NCBI GenBank assembly: GCA_949284545.1
Contig: CASDVX010000069.1
Location: 1 to 54,046 of the forward strand
Source of the DNA: an uncultured Eubacteriales bacterium
GTDB lineage: Bacteria; Bacillota; Clostridia; Oscillospirales; CAJFTT01
Reading direction: 5' to 3'
DNA: 54,046 bases
The position numbers and the translations under genes are program-made. The notes below the pieces were generated by a model. It did not search any database and was not told where the DNA came from. It was given only the letters and a program-made list of their open reading frames with translations. How positions within the stretch are numbered: the first letter of the stretch is position 1; every line of letters starts with the position of its first letter. Shown in pieces: positions 10,082 to 19,100 of this stretch.

Positions 10082-10993
10082 ATGAGAAACGCTTTCGCAA
10101 AAAAGAAACTGTTGATGGTGTCGGCACTGCTCACTGCCGTCGTCTTCCTGTCCGGATGCTTCGATTTTTCCTCGCTGTTCCCTCCCCGCGGAGGTATGCC
10201 TTCCGATTCTTCCTCATCTCTCACGGTGGTCTTCATCGACGTCGGCCAGGGTGACAGCGAACTGATAATCTGCGACGGCAAGGCCATGCTCATAGACGCC
10301 GGGGTTTCCGACGCCGCAGACGACGTGTCCGAATGTCTGTCTTCTTACGGTATAACCGAGCTTGAATACCTTGTTGCCACACACCCGCATTCCGACCATA
10401 TCGGCGGCATGAGCAAGGTAATCGGAGGCGTAACGGTAAATAATGTTCTGATGCCCGACGTTGTCCACGATACGGCTACATTTGAAAAACTTCTCGATAT
10501 GATTGAATTTAAGGGCCTTGAAATCGAAACGCCGTCCCCCGGAGACAGCTTTAATCTCGGAAGCGCCCTATGCACCGTGCTTGCCCCGCAATCCGGCAAC
10601 TATTCCGACCTTAACGACTATTCGCTCGTAATAAGGGTCGAATTTGCCGGACGGAGTGTGCTTTTTACGGGTGATACCGGCAAAAAGCCTCAGGGTGAAA
10701 TGCTTGACGCCGGGTTCGATGTTTCGGCCGACGTTTACAAGGTCGCCCATCACGGCAGCGCCGACAACAATCTTGAAGACTGGGTCTCAGCCGTTTCGCC
10801 TGAATACGCCGTTATTTCCTGCGATGGCAAAAGCTATAATCATCCGCACGACGAAACTCTGGATGTTCTGACCAAATACGGAGTCAAAACCTACAGAACA
10901 GACAGAGACGGCAGCGTAACGCTTACGATAGACAGTTCCGGAAATATGATATTTAAGACCGACAATGCGTCCGCCCGTTTGCTTTCTGCCTGA
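10082..10993 (+). CDS. MBL-fold metallo-hydrolase lipoprotein (ComEC C-terminal-domain-like)
   Basis: MRNAFAKKKLLMVSALLTAVVFLSGC carries a lipobox (LSGC). Then VVFIDVGQGDS, the HPHSDHIGG metal motif and VAHHGS, typical of the ComEC/Rec2-related beta-lactamase-fold domain. Confidence 0.8.
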   Translation: MRNAFAKKKLLMVSALLTAVVFLSGCFDFSSLFPPRGGMPSDSSSSLTVVFIDVGQGDSELIICDGKAMLIDAGVSDAADDVSECLSSYGITELEYLVATHPHSDHIGGMSKVIGGVTVNNVLMPDVVHDTATFEKLLDMIEFKGLEIETPSPGDSFNLGSALCTVLAPQSGNYSDLNDYSLVIRVEFAGRSVLFTGDTGKKPQGEMLDAGFDVSADVYKVAHHGSADNNLEDWVSAVSPEYAVISCDGKSYNHPHDETLDVLTKYGVKTYRTDRDGSVTLTIDSSGNMIFKTDNASARLLSA

Positions 10994-11124
10994 CTTTTTA
11001 TCTGTCCTGCTTGTTCGCTGCTGATTTACACGTCGCCGGGTTTGCGAATGTTTTTACAATAATTAAACCTTTTGTATTTATTTGCCGGTGCACTTTTGTT
11101 TTCTTATTTTATTTGTTTTAATTA

Positions 11125-11153
11125 TTGACTTTTTGTTTCAAAAGTGGTTTAAT
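11125..11153 (+). promoter_or_regulatory. Sigma-A type promoter with extended -10
   Basis: TTGACT (11125-11130), 17 nt, TTTAAT (11148-11153), preceded by TGg. Confidence 0.45.
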
Positions 11154-11189
11154 CGGTGTGTGCAAAAAATTGCATTGGAGGAGATTGTT

Positions 11190-12548
11190 TTGAAAAAAGT
11201 TACCGCATCAATCCTTGCTGCCGCCGTTGCCCTGAGCATGACGGCCGTAGGCGTGTTGCCCGCTTCCGCAGCGGAAACCGCAAGTGTCGAACGGATATTT
11301 GTTTCGACTGATTCTACAATGAACGCTTCAATCCCCGCGAATCTCGCGTTTGACGGCGATGACACAACGCGCTGGGGCACCGGACATCTTGCCAAAGAAG
11401 CCGACAGCGACGTTCCCACCGATCCGCTTTATATAGGCGTGGATTTCGGCGAGTCAGGCGCCACTTTTGACAAGATCACCGTTGATTGGGAAAACTCATA
11501 TTCAGCCCCCTATGAGAACGGCGGCTTCGTGCTGCAGTACTCTAAGAACGGAACAAGCTGGACTGATTTCCCTGCCTCCGGTATGAGCTCGGTGACCGAT
11601 TCCGCACAGCTTCCTTCCGGCGTGCGCCGCAGAGATATCGGGCAGCTTGAGGAGCCCGTGACCGCACGCTTTGTACGTGTTCTCGTTCTCAAGTTTAAGT
11701 CCACCAGCGCCGGTGCGGACAACATCTCGATTTATGAAATGCAGATATTCAATACTGATGAAGCCGCTGACACAAATCTTGCAGTAGCTCCCGAGGGCGC
11801 CGAGATTTACGTCGGAATACCTGAGGTGGAGGTCGCCAAGGGCACTCCGCAGCGCATTATTGTTAATGATTCAAGAATTTACAACGACAACCTTAAGCAT
11901 CAGTGTGCGTTTGACGGCAAAATGGATACCCGCTGGGGAGCCACCGGTCTTGACGTTGATACGGAAAATCCCATCACCATCGGCCAGTATACCCTTTATC
12001 CGTTTGTCACTCCCATATACATCGGACTCGATTTCGGTAACGAGAAAGTGACTTTCGACAAGATAACCGTTGATTGGGAAGCGGCTGCCGCACACAGCTA
12101 CCTTTTGGGCGGGTTCGTAGTTCAGTATTCCGATACCGGTGCTGACGATGATTGGACCACTATTCCCCGTACCTGCTATAGCAGCACCGGATATGACCGC
12201 AGTAAGACTCCTGCGCGTTCGGATACGTTACTGCTTGATCTTCCCGTAACTGCCAGATATGTGCGCGTAGTTTGCCTTGTTCCCATCCATCAGGCACTCA
12301 ATTCCCCGTCGATTTGGGAAATGCAGATGTTTAACACGACCGTAAGCGACACTGAGAATCTTGCTTTGGTTAAGGACGGAATCAGCGTAGAGAAGATTAC
12401 CGACGAGGGCACAGGTCCTGATGATAACAATCCTCCTCAGACCGGCGTTGAATTCTTTGACGTTGTTTGGCTGGCAGTGCTTGTCGCCGCGGCTGTAACA
12501 GTCCTTTGCGTCGTTTTCATCCCTAAAAGGCACCGCGTGCAGCGTTAA
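11190..12548 (+). CDS. Surface protein with two discoidin (F5/8 type C) domains and a PPQTG-type C-terminal sorting signal
   Basis: A TTG start at 11190 follows GGAGGAG. Signal peptide is LKKVTASILAAAVALSMTAVGVLPASA. Two modules carry (A)FDG..DTRWG...IG(V/L)DFG....FDKITVDWE...V(L/V)QYS...ARFVRV/ARYVRV. The C-terminus is NNPPQTGVEFFDVVWLAVLVAAAVTVLCVVFIPKRHRVQR. Confidence 0.8.
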   Translation: MKKVTASILAAAVALSMTAVGVLPASAAETASVERIFVSTDSTMNASIPANLAFDGDDTTRWGTGHLAKEADSDVPTDPLYIGVDFGESGATFDKITVDWENSYSAPYENGGFVLQYSKNGTSWTDFPASGMSSVTDSAQLPSGVRRRDIGQLEEPVTARFVRVLVLKFKSTSAGADNISIYEMQIFNTDEAADTNLAVAPEGAEIYVGIPEVEVAKGTPQRIIVNDSRIYNDNLKHQCAFDGKMDTRWGATGLDVDTENPITIGQYTLYPFVTPIYIGLDFGNEKVTFDKITVDWEAAAAHSYLLGGFVVQYSDTGADDDWTTIPRTCYSSTGYDRSKTPARSDTLLLDLPVTARYVRVVCLVPIHQALNSPSIWEMQMFNTTVSDTENLALVKDGISVEKITDEGTGPDDNNPPQTGVEFFDVVWLAVLVAAAVTVLCVVFIPKRHRVQR

Positions 12549-12575
12549 TTAAGATATCGTTATACGCGGGCCCAA

Positions 12576-12608
12576 AGCAAGGGAAAACCTACATTTTCCC
12601 TTGCTTTT
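12576..12608 (+). terminator. Rho-independent terminator
   Basis: GCAAGGGAAAA, loop cctaca, TTTTCCCTTGC, followed by TTTTT. Confidence 0.6.
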
Positions 12609-12762
12609 TCCAATAGGATCCGACGTCTGTACGCAGTAACTGTCATTTCCCGGCGGGCATTGCCCCGTATGTTTTCTCGAACCGGTGTGCGGCGGTCAGT
12701 CTTCTGTTATTCGCAGCTACCCGTCACTGTATACAGTAAGTATTAACCTGAAAGGGTGTTTG

Positions 12763-13197
12763 ATGCAAATGGATAAACAAATTGTCTATAACGGCATCGG
12801 TCATGTAGCGTTCAACTGCTCCGATCTTGACGTTTCGCTGGATTTCTACTGCAACAAAATGGGCTTTGAGCGCATAATGCACCTCGGCCCGGATTCTGCC
12901 CCATGGCTGGTATATCTCCGCATAGTTCACGGGGTATACATGGAACTGTTCCCCTTCCCGAAAGGGGCAAAAAAATGCGACGATGGCGCCGGCCGCTGTT
13001 ATTCTCATCTGTGTCTTGACGTACCCGACATATTTGCAGCCGTGAGTGTCCTGCGCAGCAGAGGCGTTGAGGTCGAGGATCCTCACATGGGCGGAGACGG
13101 AAATTATCAGGCATGGCTCGCCGATCCCGACGGCAACAGGATGGAGCTCATGCAGATGATGCCGGATTCCATGCAGCGCAAGGCTGACAAAGCGTGA
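12763..13197 (+). CDS. VOC family (glyoxalase/bleomycin resistance/dioxygenase fold) protein
   Basis: MQMDKQIVYNGIGHVAFNCSDLDVSLDFYCNKMGFE...HLCLDV...AWLADPDGNRMELMQ shows the typical VOC paired beta-alpha-beta-beta-beta motifs. The ATG at 12763 is in frame within the track ORF. Confidence 0.75.
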   Translation: MQMDKQIVYNGIGHVAFNCSDLDVSLDFYCNKMGFERIMHLGPDSAPWLVYLRIVHGVYMELFPFPKGAKKCDDGAGRCYSHLCLDVPDIFAAVSVLRSRGVEVEDPHMGGDGNYQAWLADPDGNRMELMQMMPDSMQRKADKA

Positions 13198-13309
13198 AGC
13201 GCAGTCCGGCGTATCTGTTTCACTGCTATATTCATGGCGACCGTGCCGGTACATATGTCGGCACGGTCCGGTCTTTTATAAAATTACGCAAGCATCGGGG
13301 GCACATGTA

Positions 13310-13525
13310 ATGCTTATAGTGGACAGAATAGAAAATTCCATTGCCGTTGTTGAGGACGGCGACAGTTTTTTTAATATCCCGATCTCCGAACTGCCTCCAG
13401 AAACACGCGAGGGCTCTGTGCTGGTTCGTGACGGCGACCGTTACGTGATCGATGCCGAAGCAACGTCACTGCGTTCATCTTCAATAAAAAGCCGTTTTGA
13501 AAGGCTCAAGAAGAAAAGCAGCTGA
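13310..13525 (+). CDS. DUF3006-like small protein
   Basis: MLIVDRIENSIAVVEDGDSFFNIPISELPPETREGSVLVRDGDRYVID resembles the DUF3006 pattern (IVDRFE..AV.E......i....LP....EG.vl). This rests on family recollection only. Confidence 0.55.
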   Translation: MLIVDRIENSIAVVEDGDSFFNIPISELPPETREGSVLVRDGDRYVIDAEATSLRSSSIKSRFERLKKKSS

Positions 13526-13639
13526 ATCCGGAACCGAATTATGTAAAATAAGACGGAGGTTATCCACCTGCCGGCGGCTTATGCTCCGTTTTTTACATAA
13601 AACACGTCTCTCTGTCAATCCTCAATATTTATTATTTTA

Positions 13640-14125
13640 ATGATATACGGTGATCCCATGAAAACGCAACTGAAAGAAATGCTTGGTTTTATGTTTCACT
13701 TCGATTTGAAAAACCTTTTTCTGTCCCCCACCAAAAACAGTATCATACAGCTGTTCAGGTCAGTTTTTGTCGGGGGCATTTCCACAGTCATAGATTTTAT
13801 CGTTTATGCGCTCATGCGTATTCCGCTTCAGGATTTGCAATTTTGTGATCTTATAGCTACTCCCTGCGGATTTATTGTCGGAACCGTGTTTAATTTCATA
13901 GTTTCACGATTGCTGATATTTAACGCAAACGAGTCGCGCGTTGGCATTAAGGCTGAGTTTGCGGGATTTGCTGTTATAGGGGTCATAGGTCTCGGGATAA
14001 AAGAATTACTGATGTTTTTATTTGTAAATTTGCTGTCAATTCACCATTATCTATCATGGATCGTGTCATCATTTCTTGTTCTCGTTTGGAATTTTGCAGG
14101 CAGAAAGCTTGCACTTTACAAATAA
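13640..14125 (+). CDS. GtrA family membrane protein
   Basis: 161 aa with 4 predicted TM segments. FRSVFVGGISTVIDFIVY...NFIVSRLLIFN...WNFAGRKLALYK matches the GtrA-like pattern. Confidence 0.75.
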   Translation: MIYGDPMKTQLKEMLGFMFHFDLKNLFLSPTKNSIIQLFRSVFVGGISTVIDFIVYALMRIPLQDLQFCDLIATPCGFIVGTVFNFIVSRLLIFNANESRVGIKAEFAGFAVIGVIGLGIKELLMFLFVNLLSIHHYLSWIVSSFLVLVWNFAGRKLALYK

Positions 14126-14270
14126 TTTCCGGTGTTCGGTTTTCCCCAAACCAGTTGCATGCAATTTTGCATGAAATTCATTTTCGGCAGCCCCCACCGC
14201 AGAAATTCAAGTATGCGGTCTCTAACTTCGGATTTGGTGCCATACTTTTGGTCAAATCAGACAATATATG

Positions 14271-14299
14271 TTGATATTGCGACTTTTATATGTCATATT
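14271..14299 (+). promoter_or_regulatory. Putative promoter of discoidin paralog 2
   Basis: TTGATA, 17 nt, TGtCATATT. It sits at the position homologous to the promoter at 15237-15265. Confidence 0.35.
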
Positions 14300-14336
14300 T
14301 ATTAACAATATATAACATAGATTGGAGTGAAAACAC

Positions 14337-14981
14337 ATGAAACTGTTGTCCCGCATAGTCTCCGTTGCCGTTTGTGCGTGTATGGTTCTTTCCATAATCG
14401 CAGCTGCCAGTGCGGAATCCGAAAATCTTGCTTACGGCAAGGCTACAATTGATTACGGTAAACATCAGGGTGATAATGTATCCTCGTATATCACCGACGG
14501 GTACAGATCAGGCGACGAGGCCAAGGCCGCCGGTGTGGCAAACGATTCCCGCTGGGCTGCAGAAACTACTCATGAAGATCAGGCTACCACCGGAGAATGG
14601 TGGGTGGGCGTCGATTTCGGCGAGGCCACAACCTTTGACAAAATCGTGATCTATTGGGAAGTCTGCTACGGCAAGCAGTTCAAGATTCAGACTTCAAACG
14701 ACGCAGCAGAATGGACAGACGTCTCGGACGTTATAACCAACAGCTCTGCAAGCAGGCAGGAAATCATCCTTGATAACCCCGCAACCGCCAAATATATGCG
14801 GGTATTTATCACCGAGAAAGACAATTCCTGGGGTGTCTCTATGTACGAGCTTGAAGCCTACAACACTGACGGCGAAACCACCCCTCCCCAGACCGGTGTT
14901 GAGTCTGTCGCCGTTTGGGCTCTCGTTCTTTTCGGTGCTGCATGCATAGCTGTTTTTTGCACTAAAAAGGTAAAGGCCTGA
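14337..14981 (+). CDS. Single-discoidin-domain surface protein with PPQTG-type sorting signal
   Basis: Signal peptide MKLLSRIVSVAVCACMVLSIIAAASA. Discoidin motifs SRWAAE...GEWWVGVDFGEATTFDKIVIYWEVCYGKQFKIQTSNDAAEWTDV...AKYMRVFI...YELEAYN. C-terminus TTPPQTGVESVAVWALVLFGAACIAVFCTKKVKA. GGAG RBS. Confidence 0.85.
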   Translation: MKLLSRIVSVAVCACMVLSIIAAASAESENLAYGKATIDYGKHQGDNVSSYITDGYRSGDEAKAAGVANDSRWAAETTHEDQATTGEWWVGVDFGEATTFDKIVIYWEVCYGKQFKIQTSNDAAEWTDVSDVITNSSASRQEIILDNPATAKYMRVFITEKDNSWGVSMYELEAYNTDGETTPPQTGVESVAVWALVLFGAACIAVFCTKKVKA

Positions 14982-15006
14982 CTTGCTTAACATTCTCATA
15001 TTCAGG

Positions 15007-15045
15007 GGAAGCGTGCACCGTTGCGGGTGTACGCTTCCTTATTTC
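15007..15045 (+). terminator. Rho-independent terminator
   Basis: GGAAGCGTGCACC, loop, GGTGTACGCTTCC (one G-U pair), then TTATTT. Confidence 0.5.
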
Positions 15046-15236
15046 TATGGTGCCTTGGGTTAAATTTTTTGTGAGCCTTGAGTGACCGGTTCAGACATGC
15101 ACGCGTTCGGCGCAAATACTTTACATTAGCAGTATTTTGCCTCCTAGTGAGATTGAAGGTTGAAGTTTCTTAACTATTAAATAATTGATTTTGCAGTTAC
15201 TTTGAAAATTTTTTGCAAAATTCAATATATATATTG

Positions 15237-15265
15237 TTGACATTTAGTCACAAATATGTTATATA
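15237..15265 (+). promoter_or_regulatory. Putative promoter of discoidin paralog 3
   Basis: TTGACA (15237-15242), 17 nt, TGtTATATA (extended -10; hexamer 15260-15265). Confidence 0.45.
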
Positions 15266-15300
15266 TTATGTTAATAAATCCTTTGATTGGAGTGAAAGGT

Positions 15301-15942
15301 ATGAAAATTGCGTCCCGAATAATTTCTGTTGCTCTCTGTGCATGCATGGCGATCTCAATGGCTGTAGCTGCGTCGGCTGCGTCGGAAAATCTTGCCTTAG
15401 GGAAGGCAACCATTGATTACGGTGCACACCAAAACAATCACACCTCGGATAACATAACTGACGGGTGCAATAATCTTGCGGATGCAGATGCCGCGCAGAT
15501 GCCGGATCAGTCGCGCTGGGCTGCGGCGCAAACCACCGACGGTGTTACCACCGGCGAATGGTGGGTAGGCGTCGATTTCGGCGAAGCAACGACCTTTGAT
15601 AAGCTCGTTATCTACTGGGAAGCCTGTTACGGCAAACAGTTTAAGATCCAGACTTCAGATAACGCCTCTGACTGGAAAGATGTCACAACTGTTTTGACCA
15701 ATGATTCTGCGAATGCGCAGGAAATCATTTTGGATACTCCCGCCAACGCAAAATACGTTCGTATATTCATCACCGAAAAGGCCAATCAGTGGGGCGTGTC
15801 CCTGTTTGAGCTTGAGGTATACAACACCAGCGGCGAAGCTGTTCCCCCTCAGACCGGTGTTGAATCCGTTGCGATTTGGGCACTCGTTCTTTTTGGCGCT
15901 GCGTGCATAACCGTTTTCTGCGTTAAAAAAGTAAAGGCATAA
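15301..15942 (+). CDS. Single-discoidin-domain surface protein with PPQTG-type sorting signal (tandem paralog of 14337-14981)
   Basis: The ATG at 15301 follows GGAGTGAAAGGT. MKIASRIISVALCACMAISMAVAASA; GEWWVGVDFGEATTFDKLVIYWEACYGKQFKIQTSDNASDWKDV; C-terminus AVPPQTGVESVAIWALVLFGAACITVFCVKKVKA. Confidence 0.85.
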   Translation: MKIASRIISVALCACMAISMAVAASAASENLALGKATIDYGAHQNNHTSDNITDGCNNLADADAAQMPDQSRWAAAQTTDGVTTGEWWVGVDFGEATTFDKLVIYWEACYGKQFKIQTSDNASDWKDVTTVLTNDSANAQEIILDTPANAKYVRIFITEKANQWGVSLFELEVYNTSGEAVPPQTGVESVAIWALVLFGAACITVFCVKKVKA

Positions 15943-15964
15943 TCAGATACCGAAGTTAATTTTA

Positions 15965-16002
15965 AAGAGGCGCAACGCCATCCGGCGTGCGCCTCTTTTT
16001 TT
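15965..16002. terminator. Bidirectional rho-independent terminator between convergent genes
   Basis: AAGAGGCGCAACGCC, loop, GGCGTGCGCCTCTT, flanked by T-runs on the + strand and A-runs that give a U tail on the - strand. Confidence 0.6.
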
Positions 16003-16108
16003 ATGTTTTTTATACAGATAAAAATGAGTCTCCAGCAGGATTTTATAGAGAAGCGGCAACTGCCGTAACGGCACAGGCTTTTGCCTCGTCTTCACAGGCG
16101 ATGCAGAA

Positions 16109-19100
16109 TCAGTACTCAAACTCCCCTTCGTATACGAGCACCACGTCTCCGGTGAGCAGCACACGTTCTTTAGTGTAATTTACCGTAAGGCTGCCTCCCG
16201 CAAGCTTTACGATCACATCGGTACCGCTGTCACACAGCCCGTTTTCAACCGCAGCGGCTACCGCTGCGCATGCTCCGGTGCCGCAGGCAAGCGTCTCACC
16301 GTTTCCGCGCTCCCACACCCTCATACGCAGATAATTTTTGCTTACCGCGCGCACAAATTCCGTGTTTATCCTCTGCGGAAAAAGCTCCGAATATTCAAAT
16401 TTCGGGCCCGTTTCTTTGAGGTCAAGTCCGTCTATTGCGTCGCAGAATACCACGCAATGCGGGTTTCCTACAGACACGCAGGTTATGGAATAATCAGCGC
16501 CGCCTATTTTTACGGGTTTATTTATTATCGTTTCGGTATCTGACACGGCAGGTATATCAGAAGCAAGAAGGCTTGCTCTGCCCATATCCACGGTGACGGA
16601 ACTCACCTTTCCGTCCCTCAGATACAGTTTGAGTCTGTGCACGTTTCCTCCTACTTCGACCGACATGTTTTCGCTGCGTATATATCCCTTGTCATAAAGA
16701 TATTTCGCCACGCAACGTATGTTATTGCCGGCCATTTTACCCTCGCTTCCATCTTTGTTAAAGCTGCGCATTTTCGCGTCGGCTACGGAAGAGCGTTCAA
16801 TCAAAACTATCCCGTCGGAGCCGATTCCGTAATGCGGAGTGCAAAGATTCACGCAAAGTGATTCCGGGCATGTTATCTTGCCATCAAAATTTTCAATGAA
16901 TATATAGTCGTTTCCGCAAGAATGCATCTTTGCAAAATGTATTTTCTGCTTCCAGGATCTCATCGCGTTTATATCGACAAGCTCGGTATTGCTGAAGCTG
17001 AAACGGCTCTCCATTATCTCCGCCAGAGCGTTTGCCGTATCAAGAGAGGTAAAGCATGGAACCCCAAGCTGCATAGCCCGCCGATGGAGCTGAGTGTAAT
17101 CCTCCACCGCCTTGTTTCTGACAGCGCCGGTAAATATCACATAGTTCAGACGTCCGTTTTCCATCAGGTCTACTATTTCGCTCCTGACGCCGTTTCCCGA
17201 AACGCAAACCACCTTTATGCCGAGATTAGCTATGGCGTCCGCCGTGCCGGGAGTGGCATACAGAGTCATTCCCAAGTCGCTGAATCTTTTTGCCACCGGC
17301 AGTATCTCCTGATAGTCGTTTTCCTCAACGCTCATCAGTACCCCAGCGGCGTTTTTACCGCTGTATGACGGCACTGAAAGCCCCGAAGCGCACAGGCCCT
17401 TGAACAATGCCTCGGCGGTGGTTTTGCCGATACCGAGAACCTCTCCTGTGGACTTCATTTCAGGTCCGAGGACGGAATTCGCATCGTTGAGCTTTTCAAA
17501 TGAAAACACGGGTACCTTAACCGCATAGTAAGGCGGGGTACGGTAAAGCCCGGTGCCGTATCCCAAATCCGCAAGGCGGCTTCCCAGCATAACCTTTGAG
17601 GCAAGGTCAACCATTGGAACATTTGTAACCTTACTTATATACGGAACGGTCCTCGACGCTCTGGGGTTTACTTCAATAACGTAGAGCTCGTTTTCGTATA
17701 TAAGATACTGTATATTTACAAGCCCTTTCGTCCCCAGAGCCAACGCCAGCTTTTCCGAGCAGTCACATACTTTTTTCAGAAACTTATCGTTGAGATTGTA
17801 CGGCGGATATACAGCTATCGAGTCACCGCTGTGTATGCCGGCTCTTTCAACATGCTCCATTATTCCCGGTATCAGCACGTCTTCTCCGTCGGAAATAACG
17901 TCAACCTCAAGCTCGGTTCCGGGCATATACTTGTCGATGAGAACAGGATTTTCTATTCCCTGCGCCAGTATTCTGTCCATGTATTCCGACGTTTCCGACT
18001 CGCATCTTGAAATTGTCATGTTCTGCCCGCCGATGACATACGACGGCCTCAAAAGCACCGGATACCCGAGCTCCTCCGCGGCTTTCAGCGCCTCGGCCTT
18101 TGCCGTCACGCCCATTCCCTTCGGCCTTCTTATCCCGAATTTTTCAAGGAGAGCGTCAAAACGGCTCCTGTCCTCGGCTATGTCTATCCCTTCCGCGGAT
18201 GTTCCGAGTATCTTTATGCCGTTGCGGTCCAGATACCCTGTGAGCTTTATGGCGGTCTGTCCGCCGAACGCTACCACAACTCCTACCGGATTCTCAACCT
18301 GTATCACGTTCATTACGTCCTCGGGACACAGAGGTTCAAAATACAGTCTGTCTGCGGTATCGTAATCGGTGGATACCGTCTCGGGGTTGTTGTTGATGAT
18401 GACCACGTCGTATCCCATTTCCCGCAGAGTCCATACGCAGTGCACGGAGCTATAGTCAAACTCTATCCCCTGCCCTATGCGTATCGGGCCTGAGCCGAGT
18501 ACGACCACCACCGGCTTGCCGCTGCGTCTGAAGGCTCTCGCTTCGCACACGCCCCCCGCGCAGGAATAGAAATACGGCGTCTCCGCGTCAAATTCCGCGC
18601 CGCAGGTGTCCACCATCTTATAGCTCATCTTAAACTCCGGCAGTTCCTTTTGGCCGGATATGCGCCTGATTGCATCATCGGTATATCCCATTTTCTTTGC
18701 CTGTCCGTACGTCTTTTCCGACAGGTCTCCGGACGCCATAACCGCTTCGAAATCAGCAAGTTTTTTCAGCTTGTTTATAAACCACTCGTCTATCATGGTT
18801 ATCCGATGTATTTCTTCTGTGGTTACTCCGGATTTAAGCGCCTCAAACACGGTAAACAGCCTGTGATCGTTTTGCTCGGCAAGCCGTTCAATTACAGGCT
18901 TATCCGAAAGCGGCGCAGCGTTTAGGGTATCCAGCGAGATCTCCGCTCCACGGACAGCCTTCATAAGCGCCGACTCAAAGCTGTGGCCTATGGCCATCAC
19001 CTCGCCCGTAGCCTTCATCTGTGTGCCGAGCTCCCTGCTGGAACCTGCAAATTTGTCAAACGGCCACTTCGGAAGTTTGACTACAACGTAATCAAGCGTC

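Noticed and set aside
11082-11189. N-terminal extension of the two-discoidin ORF (MPVHFCFLILFVLIIDFLFQKWFNRCVQKIALEEIV)
   Set aside because: This stretch contains the predicted promoter (11125-11153) and has no RBS. A TTG start at 11190, preceded by GGAGGAG, gives a canonical signal peptide.
13541-13598. Possible hairpin terminator after the DUF3006-like gene (gtaaaataagacggag ... ctccgttttttac)
   Set aside because: It needs a ~25-nt loop and has several mismatches. It is too weak to call without folding energy calculations.
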